From assembly GCA_022843095.1 (NCBI GenBank), contig JALHOH010000002.1, forward strand, positions 30,001-62,000: a stretch of 32,000 nt of DNA. Direction: 5' to 3'. Of the stretch, positions 7,722 through 16,279 are shown piece by piece; position 1 is the first letter of the stretch, and each line of letters starts with the position of its first letter. Under the pieces are notes generated by a model. It was not told where the DNA came from and made no database searches. It saw nothing but the letters and a program-made list of their open reading frames with translations. A program made the position numbers and the translations under genes. Source of the DNA: Candidatus Saccharimonadota bacterium. GTDB taxonomy: Bacteria > Patescibacteriota > Patescibacteriia > 2-12-FULL-60-25.

Positions 7722-8771
7722 ATGTATCAAGATCTCTCCCTTGCCGTTCGTCCGCTCGCCTTATTGGCCGCCGCGTTTGCCGCCTCTGCTGCCGGAATGC
7801 CTCTGCTGATTCGATTATTGCGTCGGTACAAGATGGGCAAATCCATCCGAACGGCGGCGGATGCGCCCGTGATGCATGCGCTGCATGCAAAGAAAGCGGG
7901 AACGCCTACGATGGGGGGGATGATTATTTGGATCGTGACGCTGCTCGTCGTGGGAGTGCTCGAGCTTGGGTGTTTGGCGTTTGGTGAAGGGAGCCTTGCC
8001 TGCACATGGTCGCTTTGGAATCGCGCGCAAACATGGGTACCGATTGGTCTCATGGTGGCTGCCGCGTTGGTTGGATTGGTGGATGATTATCTAAACGTCA
8101 TTCATTCAGGACCAAAAGGCGGTGGTCTACGCGTACGTCATCGGTTATTGCTTTATACCGCCATCGCCGTGGTGGGAGCCTGGTGGTTTTACACAAAATT
8201 GGAATGGAGCGTGATTGGGATTCCGTTCGTGGGAAACATTGATCTTGGGTGGTGGTACGTACCGTTTTTCATCCTCGTTGTCGTTGCAACACAGCATAGC
8301 GTGAATGTGACGGATGGGTTGGATGGATTGGCGGGCGGGACGTTGTTGTCTTCCTTTGCGGCGTATGCGGCCATCGCCTGGTCGCAGGGGCGTTTTGATG
8401 CGGCAACGCTTTGCACCATCATGATCGGCGCGTTGATGGGATTCCTGTGGTACAACGTAAATCCGGCGGATGTGTTTATGGGAGACACGGGGGTCATGGC
8501 GATGGGGACGGTGCTGGCACTCATGGCAATGCTGACCAACACCCCGCTTTTGTTGATTCTGATCGGACTCCCGTTTGTCGTCGAAAGCGCCTCAGTGTTG
8601 ATTCAGGTGACAAGCAAGAAACTGCGCGGGGGTAAGAAGGTGTTTATCAGTGCCCCATTGCATCACCATTTGGAGGCGTCGGGATGGAGTGAGCCGCGCA
8701 TCGTCATGCGTTCTTGGATGATTTCGTTTGTGCTCGCCGGGCTTGGAACGGTGCTTGCGCTCATCGGGTAG
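7722..8771 (+). CDS. mraY: Phospho-N-acetylmuramoyl-pentapeptide transferase
   Basis: HAKKAGTPTMGG, NVTDGLDGLAGG, SAPLHHHLEASGWSEPRIV. About 10 TM helices. Confidence 0.92.
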   Translation: MYQDLSLAVRPLALLAAAFAASAAGMPLLIRLLRRYKMGKSIRTAADAPVMHALHAKKAGTPTMGGMIIWIVTLLVVGVLELGCLAFGEGSLACTWSLWNRAQTWVPIGLMVAAALVGLVDDYLNVIHSGPKGGGLRVRHRLLLYTAIAVVGAWWFYTKLEWSVIGIPFVGNIDLGWWYVPFFILVVVATQHSVNVTDGLDGLAGGTLLSSFAAYAAIAWSQGRFDAATLCTIMIGALMGFLWYNVNPADVFMGDTGVMAMGTVLALMAMLTNTPLLLILIGLPFVVESASVLIQVTSKKLRGGKKVFISAPLHHHLEASGWSEPRIVMRSWMISFVLAGLGTVLALIG

Positions 8772-8788
8772 GGGGTCGTGCGCGATTT

Positions 8789-8797
8789 TGGTATAGT
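8789..8797 (+). promoter_or_regulatory. Extended -10 promoter TGgTATAGT, 6 nt upstream of ftsW ATG 8804
   Basis: Read directly. Same geometry as 665-673 and 16265-16273. Confidence 0.5.
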
Positions 8798-8803
8798 GAA
8801 CGC

Positions 8804-9931
8804 ATGGCATTCATGGATCGCCTGCGGGCGCTGGATCCCGGCGTCGTTGCGTTGACCGCCGTGATTTTGGCGTTTGGACTCGCGATGCTCATGTCTGCGA
8901 CCGGACCGATCGCTGTGCAACGTACCGGCGACAGTTTGTTTTATGTGAAGCGTCAGTTGCTTTCGGGGGTGCTGCCTGGGTTGTTTGGGTTTTTTACGCT
9001 CGCGCTCATCGATTATCGACGTTGGCGACCATTCGCATTTTTTTCTCTGGTCGCCTCGATCTTGCTCCTGCTGCTTGTCTATATCCCGGGCGTCGGATTT
9101 GAATTAGGCGGAGCGCATAGTTGGGTGTCGCTAGGCGGATTCACCTTTCAGCCTTCTGAGTTGGTGAAGCTCACGTTTCTCGTGTACGTCGCCGCGTGGC
9201 TCGCCGTCCGGGAACGGGAAGACGTCCGCTCATTCGAGCGCGGGTTTATCCCATTTTTTGGCGCGGTCGGGTTGATTGCGCTCATGCTTATCCTGCAGCC
9301 GGATACGGGGACGATGTCTGTGATCGTCGGGACGGCGCTTGTCTTGTATCTCGTGTCCGGTGCGCCCCTCCACTGGTTTGCAGGGGTGTGCGTCCTTGGG
9401 TTGACCGGGTTGTACCTTCTTATCAAGTCTTCGCCGTATCGCACGGCGCGATACATGACGTTTTTGCATCCGGAGCTTGATCCAAAGGGGATTGGGTATC
9501 ACATCAACCAAGCGTTACTTGCGATTGGTTCGGGTGGGATCTGGGGGGTGGGTTTTGGGCATTCGCGGCAAAAATATTTGTATCTTCCAGAAGTCGAGTC
9601 TGACTCGATTATTGCCGTAATAGGAGAAGAGATGGGCTGGATCACGATTGTGGTATTATTGAGTTTGTACGTGGCACTCGTGTTACACGCATTTCGGATC
9701 GGTCGAGCTGCGCGCGATCCGTTCGGGATGTATCTCGCAGTTGGGATCGGGGCATGGATGGGAATTCAGGTGGTCTTGAATATTGGCTCGATGACAGGTT
9801 TGCTTCCCATGACCGGTGTCACGCTTCCGTTAATTTCTCATGGCGGGTCTTCGCTTGCGGTGAGCCTGACTGCATTGGGTTTACTGGCGGGTATTCCGCA
9901 ACACGCTGGTGCACGTCCATCAACATTATGA
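8804..9931 (+). CDS. ftsW: SEDS-family lipid II flippase / peptidoglycan polymerase FtsW
   Basis: FQPSELVKL, LQPDTGT, LPEVESDSIIAVIGEEMG and PLISHGGSS motifs. Polytopic. Confidence 0.9.
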   Translation: MAFMDRLRALDPGVVALTAVILAFGLAMLMSATGPIAVQRTGDSLFYVKRQLLSGVLPGLFGFFTLALIDYRRWRPFAFFSLVASILLLLLVYIPGVGFELGGAHSWVSLGGFTFQPSELVKLTFLVYVAAWLAVREREDVRSFERGFIPFFGAVGLIALMLILQPDTGTMSVIVGTALVLYLVSGAPLHWFAGVCVLGLTGLYLLIKSSPYRTARYMTFLHPELDPKGIGYHINQALLAIGSGGIWGVGFGHSRQKYLYLPEVESDSIIAVIGEEMGWITIVVLLSLYVALVLHAFRIGRAARDPFGMYLAVGIGAWMGIQVVLNIGSMTGLLPMTGVTLPLISHGGSSLAVSLTALGLLAGIPQHAGARPSTL

Positions 9932-11175
9932 AATTTTTGCTCGTTGGAGGGGGTTCGCTTGGACCGGTGACTCCGCTTATCGCGTTTGCCTCTGCCTTGA
10001 AGCGCCTCCATCCGGAGGCGACGTTTGCTTGGGCGGGGACGCCTGATGGCCCGGAGCGAAGTGTCGTCGAGCACGCCGGCTTTTCTTTCTCTCCCATTCC
10101 CGTTGCAAAATTGCCACGGTATCCCAGTGTCCGGTTACTTTCATTTCCGTTTGATTGGTGGCGCGCCAAGCGCGCCGCGCGTGCCTGTCTCGGCACGGAA
10201 CGGCCGGATGCTGTGATTACGGCAGGTGGCTTTACCGCCGTTCCGGTCGTTTCTGCGGCTGCAGCAAAGGGGATTCCATGTTTTACGCACCAGCTGGATT
10301 TGGTCCCTGGTCTTGCGAACAAGCGCATTGCAAAGCGTTGCCGATTTGTGACCACCACATTCGAATACGAAAAACCTCCATTTGGAACGTGGGTGAGTGA
10401 TGAGCCCATCCCGACCCCTATGCGGTTTGCGGATGCGGCTCTACCTTCGCGTGATGAAGCTGTGCGTGCCTTTGGACTTGATCCCACTCGTCCGGTGATC
10501 GTTGTTGTGGGAGGGGGAACGGGAGCGCATCGGCTAAATACACATCTTTGGAGAACATTGGATGCGTGGCTTGCATTTACGCAGGTGATTCATGTGACGG
10601 GCATTGGGAAGGGATCTGAAGGGGTGTCACGAAGCGGGTACGTTCAAAAACCACTGCTTGAGGCAGAAGCGATGCTTCAGGCTTATGCGGCGGCGGATCT
10701 GATGGTTGGTCGTGCAGGTATCGGATTCTTAACGGAATGCGCCGGGTTAAAGAAGGCCTGTATTTTGGTTCCGATCCCATCAAATCAGCAAGAATATAAC
10801 GCACGAGCCGTCGAAGAGCGTGGTGCCGCAGTAGTGTTGGACCAAAACGTGTCTTCCTTTGATGGGGATCTGCCAGAAACGGCACGGCTCTTGCTTGGTG
10901 ATGCGGAAGAGCGTGGACAGATGGGGGAGCGATTACACAAGGCGCTCCCGACCGATGACGGATCGGTATGGGCGACAAAAGTATTGCGTGAATTGGGGGT
11001 GAGAATGCCGGCCCAGGAAGGGGCCAAAAAACCGTTTACGTTGCAGGAAAAAGAACACGAGGCCCCTGCAGTTGAGACGGATGCAGAGCCGGTAAAACCG
11101 TCTGCTTCAGCAACGCGTCCTAAAAAGCGGCCAGCCGCAAAGAAGAGTGTTCGACGGAGTCGGATCGCATCTTGA
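9928..11175 (+). CDS. murG: UDP-GlcNAc:lipid I N-acetylglucosaminyltransferase MurG with basic C-terminal tail
   Basis: ATG 9928 overlaps the ftsW stop (ATGA). N-terminal VGGGSLGPVTP loop, GRAGIGFLTECA...LVPIPSNQQEYNA. About 55 extra Lys/Arg/Pro/Ala-rich C-terminal residues. Confidence 0.85.
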   Translation: MKFLLVGGGSLGPVTPLIAFASALKRLHPEATFAWAGTPDGPERSVVEHAGFSFSPIPVAKLPRYPSVRLLSFPFDWWRAKRAARACLGTERPDAVITAGGFTAVPVVSAAAAKGIPCFTHQLDLVPGLANKRIAKRCRFVTTTFEYEKPPFGTWVSDEPIPTPMRFADAALPSRDEAVRAFGLDPTRPVIVVVGGGTGAHRLNTHLWRTLDAWLAFTQVIHVTGIGKGSEGVSRSGYVQKPLLEAEAMLQAYAAADLMVGRAGIGFLTECAGLKKACILVPIPSNQQEYNARAVEERGAAVVLDQNVSSFDGDLPETARLLLGDAEERGQMGERLHKALPTDDGSVWATKVLRELGVRMPAQEGAKKPFTLQEKEHEAPAVETDAEPVKPSASATRPKKRPAAKKSVRRSRIAS

Positions 11176-11223
11176 CGATGGACTCGTCAACGTCGCGACA
11201 CTCGCGTACGCTACGGCAAATGT

Positions 11224-12276
11224 ATGCAGCATCTCGACGCATGGCGCACGCGTTTTCATCCAATTCTTGAGGAATTGGTGGAGGAGCGTATTGCGGAATT
11301 CAGGGCAAAAACCAAGGAGTCTGTTTTGCGATCGCTTCTGGATCATGTGAAGCCGCTCGTCCTGGCGGGAGGAAAACGGATTCGACCCTACTTGGCGGCC
11401 ATGGTATTTGAAGCGACCGGGCGTTCGTCCGAAGAGGTGTTGCGCGTGCTCTGTGGATTGGAGCTCTTTCATGCCTTTGCGCTTGTCCATGATGACATCA
11501 TGGATCACGGGGAGATGCGCCATGGGGTCAGTACCATTCATACCTATGCGGCACAGGGGTACGTGCAGAGTCCACGTGCAGCAGAACTGGGTCGAAATCA
11601 GGCAATTTTGATTGGAGATTTGCTGTTTGCGTGGGCAGAGCGATGTTTTGGACAGATCCCATCGGTTCCGGCAGAGGCGGCGGATCAAGCAAGAGCCTAT
11701 TTCTCTGTCATGTGTGAGCAGGTCGTGTTGGGGCAGATGCTGGACGTCCATGCAACGCATGAGCCATTCGCGAGCATGGAGGACGTCATTCAAAAAATGT
11801 CGTTAAAAACGGCGGGATATACGTTTGTTCATCCGTTACAGATCGGTGCAGCGCTCGGGGGTGCACCCGTGTCCTGGATGGAATGGGCGGAGGCATTCGG
11901 TCGTCCGCTTGGTCTTGCGTTTCAGCTGCAGGATGATGTGCTTGATATTTGCGGAGAGGCGGCGGTTTTAGGAAAACGCCCGTGTATGGATGTACGTGAT
12001 CGTCAGCAAACGTGGGTATCAGAATGGATGCGACGGCATGCGCCTGATGCATGGAAGACGTTGCATGATACGTGGTGGGGTCGCGCGTTTTCTGTGGATG
12101 AAGAAGGGGAGGTGCGCGCGTTGTTTCAGCGTTCCGGGGTATTGGAAGCGGCGGATGAACAGGCACGACGTTGGTTGGAGGAGGCGCACATGGCCCTGAC
12201 ATCCGCTCCGTTTCAGGGCGCGACACGTGCCCCGTTTCAGGAACTGCTTCAGAAGCTCACCGATCGGAATACGTAA
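11224..12276 (+). CDS. crtE: Polyprenyl diphosphate synthase, probable geranylgeranyl diphosphate synthase
   Basis: FARM LVHDDIMD and SARM FQLQDDVLD. Phe at position -5 before an uninserted DDxxD fits C20 chain-length control. Sits upstream of crtB/crtI. Confidence 0.8.
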   Translation: MQHLDAWRTRFHPILEELVEERIAEFRAKTKESVLRSLLDHVKPLVLAGGKRIRPYLAAMVFEATGRSSEEVLRVLCGLELFHAFALVHDDIMDHGEMRHGVSTIHTYAAQGYVQSPRAAELGRNQAILIGDLLFAWAERCFGQIPSVPAEAADQARAYFSVMCEQVVLGQMLDVHATHEPFASMEDVIQKMSLKTAGYTFVHPLQIGAALGGAPVSWMEWAEAFGRPLGLAFQLQDDVLDICGEAAVLGKRPCMDVRDRQQTWVSEWMRRHAPDAWKTLHDTWWGRAFSVDEEGEVRALFQRSGVLEAADEQARRWLEEAHMALTSAPFQGATRAPFQELLQKLTDRNT

Positions 12277-12279
12277 TCT

Positions 12280-13149
12280 ATGGATGCAACACTCCATGCT
12301 GCGATTCGTCACTGCCGAGCGCTCCATCGCATGCATGGCAAGAGTTATTATTTCGCAACCGCATTATTTCCAAAGGATCTCCGCGACGCGACGTATGCCT
12401 TGTATGCATTTTTTCGAGTGCCGGATAACCTGGTAGATGCGGCGCATGCGGATGTTGTGCAGGCAGAAGCGGCGTTAGATGCGTTTCAGGAGGGATGGAA
12501 GCGGGCGTACCAGGAAAAAACGTCTGACGACCCTGTTTTGCATGCGACGCAATGGGTGTTTCATCAGTATGGGATCCCGTTTGCGCTCTCCACGGATTTT
12601 TTGCAGGCCATGCGGCAAGATCTTCACAAGACGCGCTATGCGACGTATGAAGCCTTGCGGCAATACATGTGGGGATCTGCTGCCGTGGTCGGACATATGA
12701 TGTGCTACGTGATCGGGATGAACGATCCGCGTGCGCTTCCGTTTGCGGAGAAGCTGGGCTACGCGATGCAGCTGACGAATTTTCTTCGCGATATTGGGGA
12801 GGATGTGGACGATCGTGGACGCATTTATCTTCCTGCGGATGAGCGCGCCGCGTTTGGTGTGACGGATGAAGTGGTGCAAGTGCATCAGATGTCTCCGGAG
12901 TTCATTTCTTTTCTTCAAGAGCAAATCGCGAGTGCCGATCGGTTATACGCTGAGGCAGAGCCTGGAATCGCGCTTCTGCATCCGCGTGGACGCTCGGCGG
13001 TTCGCGTGGCAAGTCGTCTGTATCAGCAGATTCTTCGCAAGATCGAGGCAAATCAGTATCGGGTGTTTGAAGGACGCGTCAGAACATCATTTTTGGAAAA
13101 ATGTATTCTAGCTCTTCGTGCGTTATGCATCAGAAACAGGTCATCGTGA
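12280..13149 (+). CDS. crtB: Phytoene synthase
   Basis: SYYFATALFP, YAFFRVPDNLVD (DxxxD), NFLRDIGEDVDDRGRIYLP. Confidence 0.9.
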   Translation: MDATLHAAIRHCRALHRMHGKSYYFATALFPKDLRDATYALYAFFRVPDNLVDAAHADVVQAEAALDAFQEGWKRAYQEKTSDDPVLHATQWVFHQYGIPFALSTDFLQAMRQDLHKTRYATYEALRQYMWGSAAVVGHMMCYVIGMNDPRALPFAEKLGYAMQLTNFLRDIGEDVDDRGRIYLPADERAAFGVTDEVVQVHQMSPEFISFLQEQIASADRLYAEAEPGIALLHPRGRSAVRVASRLYQQILRKIEANQYRVFEGRVRTSFLEKCILALRALCIRNRSS

Positions 13150-14630
13150 TCGGGGGTGGATTTGGAGGGCTTGGCGTGTCGGCGCTGTTGGCAAAAAAAG
13201 GGTATCGCGTAACGTTGCTTGAAAAAAATGAGCAGTTGGGCGGACGGGCGAGTCGGCTTTCCGTCGACGGATTCACCTTCGACATGGGGCCGACCTGGTA
13301 TCTGATGCCGGACGTGTTTGACCATTTTTTTCGGTTGCTCGGGACATTGGCGGCGAAAGAATTATCTCTTGTTCAGTTGCAGCCATCCGATCGGATTTAT
13401 TTTAAAGGATCCGGAAAAACGGTGGAGCTGTTTGCCGATCGTGTACGGGACCGCGAAACGTTTGAGCGTCTTGAGCCTGGGGCGGGTGCCGCGTTTATTT
13501 CGTACTTGGATCGGTCAAAGGAGCAGTATGAAATTGCGAAGCGTTCATTTTTGTATCGCAACTATGATCATGTCTGGGATTTTTTGAATCGTCAGACCTT
13601 GGTTGATGGAACGCGGCTTTCGGTGTTCCGCCGGATGCATGGGTACGTATCCTCGTTTTTTCGGACGCCGGAAGCGCAAAAACTGATGGAGTATCAGCTG
13701 GTTTTTTTGGGAAGTTCTCCGTATCAGGCGCCGGCGCTGTACAACTTGATGAGTCACGTGGATTACGATCTGGGCGTGTTCTATCCGATGGGGGGGATCT
13801 ACGAAGTCGTGCGCGCGATTGAACGCCTTGCGCGTGCGTCGGGGGTAGAGGTGCGGACACAGGCGCCGGTGGAGCGGATTCTCGTGGAACGTGGGCGCGC
13901 CGTGGGTGTTCGTTTGGAATCCGGAGAAGAGCTAACAGCGGACGCCGTGGTTTCGAACGCGGATCCACGCTGGACGGATGAGCAATTGCTGCCCGCCGGA
14001 TCGCGCGACCGCTCTGCGGGGTATTGGCGTCGCCGTACGCTTGCGCCCTCGGCATTTATTCTTTTCTTGGGGGTGAAAAAGAAGTTTGAAGGGTTGCGGC
14101 ACCATAGTTTGTTGTTTACGGAAGATTGGAAAAAGAATTTCATGGAGATTTTTGAACGCCCTGCGTGGCCGGAAGATCCGTCGTTGTACGTCTGTGCACC
14201 GTCTGTGACCGATCCAAGCGTTGCGCCACCTGGTCATGAAAATCTGTTCGTCTTGGTTCCGATTGCGCCCGGCCTCGCCGATCATGCGGAGGCGCGTGAG
14301 GCGTATGCGCAAAAAATCCTCCGGATGATGGAGGAACACATGGGGTTTGCAGGCTTACGCGAGAATCTCGTTCTTCAGCGATCGTTTTGCGTATCGGATT
14401 TTGCGTCGCGGTATCACGCGGATCGAGGGACGGCGCTGGGTTTGGCGCATACCCTTGCGCAGACCGCCGTGTTTCGGCCCAATAATATCAGCAAACGTGT
14501 CGGCGGATTGTATTATGTCGGCGCCGGAACCAATCCGGGGATTGGAATGCCGGTGTGTCTGGTCAGCGCCGAACTCGCGTATAAGCGGATTGTGGGAGAT
14601 CGATCCATCGGACCGCTTGAGACGTTGTAG
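13125..14630 (+). CDS. crtI: Phytoene desaturase (CrtI family)
   Basis: VIVIGGGFGGLG FAD fold, FDMGPTWYLMPDVF, C-terminal YYVGAGTNPGIGMP. ATG 13125 overlaps the crtB 3' end by 25 nt. Confidence 0.9.
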   Translation: MHQKQVIVIGGGFGGLGVSALLAKKGYRVTLLEKNEQLGGRASRLSVDGFTFDMGPTWYLMPDVFDHFFRLLGTLAAKELSLVQLQPSDRIYFKGSGKTVELFADRVRDRETFERLEPGAGAAFISYLDRSKEQYEIAKRSFLYRNYDHVWDFLNRQTLVDGTRLSVFRRMHGYVSSFFRTPEAQKLMEYQLVFLGSSPYQAPALYNLMSHVDYDLGVFYPMGGIYEVVRAIERLARASGVEVRTQAPVERILVERGRAVGVRLESGEELTADAVVSNADPRWTDEQLLPAGSRDRSAGYWRRRTLAPSAFILFLGVKKKFEGLRHHSLLFTEDWKKNFMEIFERPAWPEDPSLYVCAPSVTDPSVAPPGHENLFVLVPIAPGLADHAEAREAYAQKILRMMEEHMGFAGLRENLVLQRSFCVSDFASRYHADRGTALGLAHTLAQTAVFRPNNISKRVGGLYYVGAGTNPGIGMPVCLVSAELAYKRIVGDRSIGPLETL

Positions 14631-14634
14631 AAGC

Positions 14635-15504
14635 TCACGAAGTCAACCAGAGCGACCAGGCAAAAAGCAGCATGCCGGCAACCGTGTTGATAAATGGAAA
14701 TGCGCGGTAGACCGCGAAGAATCGCATCGGTGCATCAAAGACGCGAAGCGCGTGAAGCATGAGTAGCACATACCCGGCGCCCAAGAATTTAAACAGGGCG
14801 AATCCGGTGGCGAGGATGGCGAGTGTCGCGGCGCAGGCGTACAGCGCAAGACAGAATAGAAGCGTTCCACGTCGTCCAAGGGTGGTGGCGATGGTAGAGA
14901 GGTGTGCGGCGCGATCGGCTTCGATATCGGGGATGGCGCTGAAGGCGTGCATGGCAGCGCACCAAAGCGCCGCGGCAAGCAGGAGCCGCGTATCGAGCAC
15001 GGATCCACCGGCGAGCAGATAGCCGATGATGCCCGGAACGGCGTACAGGGCATTGCTTGTACTATCCAAAAATGGACGCGCTTTCAAGCGCAGCGGGGGG
15101 AGTGAATAACTAACGCTGAGGAATAAAAAGGCGGCGAACCACAGCCGAGTAGGGGCGAGTGGGGCCCACACAAGCCACAGTAGGAGAAATGGAAGGGTGA
15201 GACCCGCGATCGTGCGCAACAGCGCGGGCGCATCCGACGGAGAAAGGCGGGACTCATACCCGTCTTTTTTTGTATTTTGCGCGTCGGTATCCAGGTCTGC
15301 CGCATCGTTGACACCGTACAAAAATAGATTTGCCGGGAACGACCACCAAAGCATGTTCAGAAGGAGTGCGGGAAGTTGTGTCGAGGGGGGAAGACCCGGT
15401 GCTGCGGCAACACCAACAAGAAACGGTCCAAGGAGATACAGCCAAAAACGCACACGACTCGTGCGTTTCGCGACATTCCAGGGTACGATAGTCCACGCAT
15501 GCAT
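14635..15504 (-). CDS. UbiA-family prenyltransferase, lycopene elongase (LyeJ/CrtEb)-like by context
   Basis: YGVNDAADLDTD (NDxxDxxxD) and IPDIEADRAAH (DxxxD) motifs. About 8 TM helices. Convergent with crtI (4-nt gap) and head-to-head with the CruF-like gene. Confidence 0.7.
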   Translation of the reverse strand: MHAWTIVPWNVAKRTSRVRFWLYLLGPFLVGVAAAPGLPPSTQLPALLLNMLWWSFPANLFLYGVNDAADLDTDAQNTKKDGYESRLSPSDAPALLRTIAGLTLPFLLLWLVWAPLAPTRLWFAAFLFLSVSYSLPPLRLKARPFLDSTSNALYAVPGIIGYLLAGGSVLDTRLLLAAALWCAAMHAFSAIPDIEADRAAHLSTIATTLGRRGTLLFCLALYACAATLAILATGFALFKFLGAGYVLLMLHALRVFDAPMRFFAVYRAFPFINTVAGMLLFAWSLWLTS

Positions 15505-16239
15505 AGAATGAGTATGCCTCGCGCGCACGTTTTGGCAACCTGCGCCACCGGATGTGCCGTCCTTGTGGGGTGGATGGCTGCATCATTTACAGGGAATACG
15601 ACTTGGGTCGCCATACCTGCGCTTCTTTTAATGTCTCTCCCTTCGGTCACCGCATTTGTCCGATGGGTGGGGTGGACGCGTGGGGGTGCGGCATTGATTG
15701 CGTTATCGTTGTTTGCATTTCTTGTCGAAAGCGCGGCGGTATACACGGGGTTTCCGTATGGCGCGTTTACGTACGGCACTGGCTTGGGCCCCCGGGTTTT
15801 TGGGTTGGTTCCTTGGGTTGTGCCGCTTGGGTGGATCCCGTTGATTCTTGGCGCCGTACCGCTTGCGTCACGCATGGCGAGTGGATTTGCCTGGCGCGTT
15901 GCCTGGGCGGGAATCTTTGTCATGCTCATGGACGTGGTATTGGATCCCGGAGCGGTTCGGATGGGGCTCTGGACGTTTGTGGAAGGCGGAGGTGTTCATG
16001 GCGTTCCGATTCAGAATTTTGTGGGGTGGGTGATGACGGGGGTCTTGGGGAGTGGAATCGTGCAGGCATTTTCTCGTTTCACCACAACGCCGACCCCAGC
16101 GGCGCTTTGCATCAGCGCGGCGCTGTCGATGGGATTCTGGTTTGGGTATGCGCTCGGGGCTTCGCTTTGGGTTTCAATTGTCGTCGGGTGTGTCATGCTT
16201 GCGGGGATGGGATGGATCGTGTGGAGCGAAAGAAAATAG
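15499..16239 (+). CDS. Carotenoid biosynthesis membrane protein, CruF-like (carotenoid C-1,2 hydratase family, PF04240-like)
   Basis: [25 protein letters not shown] and [14 protein letters not shown] resemble the Caroten_synth/CruF family. Start uncertain (ATG 15499, 15508 or 15514). Confidence 0.65.
   Translation: MHRMSMPRAHVLATCATGCAVLVGWMAASFTGNTTWVAIPALLLMSLPSVTAFVRWVGWTRGGAALIALSLFAFLVESAAVYTGFPYGAFTYGTGLGPRVFGLVPWVVPLGWIPLILGAVPLASRMASGFAWRVAWAGIFVMLMDVVLDPGAVRMGLWTFVEGGGVHGVPIQNFVGWVMTGVLGSGIVQAFSRFTTTPTPAALCISAALSMGFWFGYALGASLWVSIVVGCVMLAGMGWIVWSERK
15511..15538 (-). promoter_or_regulatory. Candidate promoter TTGCCA-16-CATACT, 6 nt upstream of prenyltransferase ATG 15504
   Basis: Read on the minus strand. 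Lies inside the 5' coding region of the divergent CruF-like gene. Confidence 0.4.
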
Positions 16240-16264
16240 GATCTCCATCCGGCTCTGCGCGTCA

Positions 16265-16273
16265 TGGTATACT
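16265..16273 (+). promoter_or_regulatory. Extended -10 promoter TGgTATACT, 6 nt upstream of AAA+ ATG 16280
   Basis: Read directly. No SD. Confidence 0.5.
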
Positions 16274-16279
16274 GCGTCC

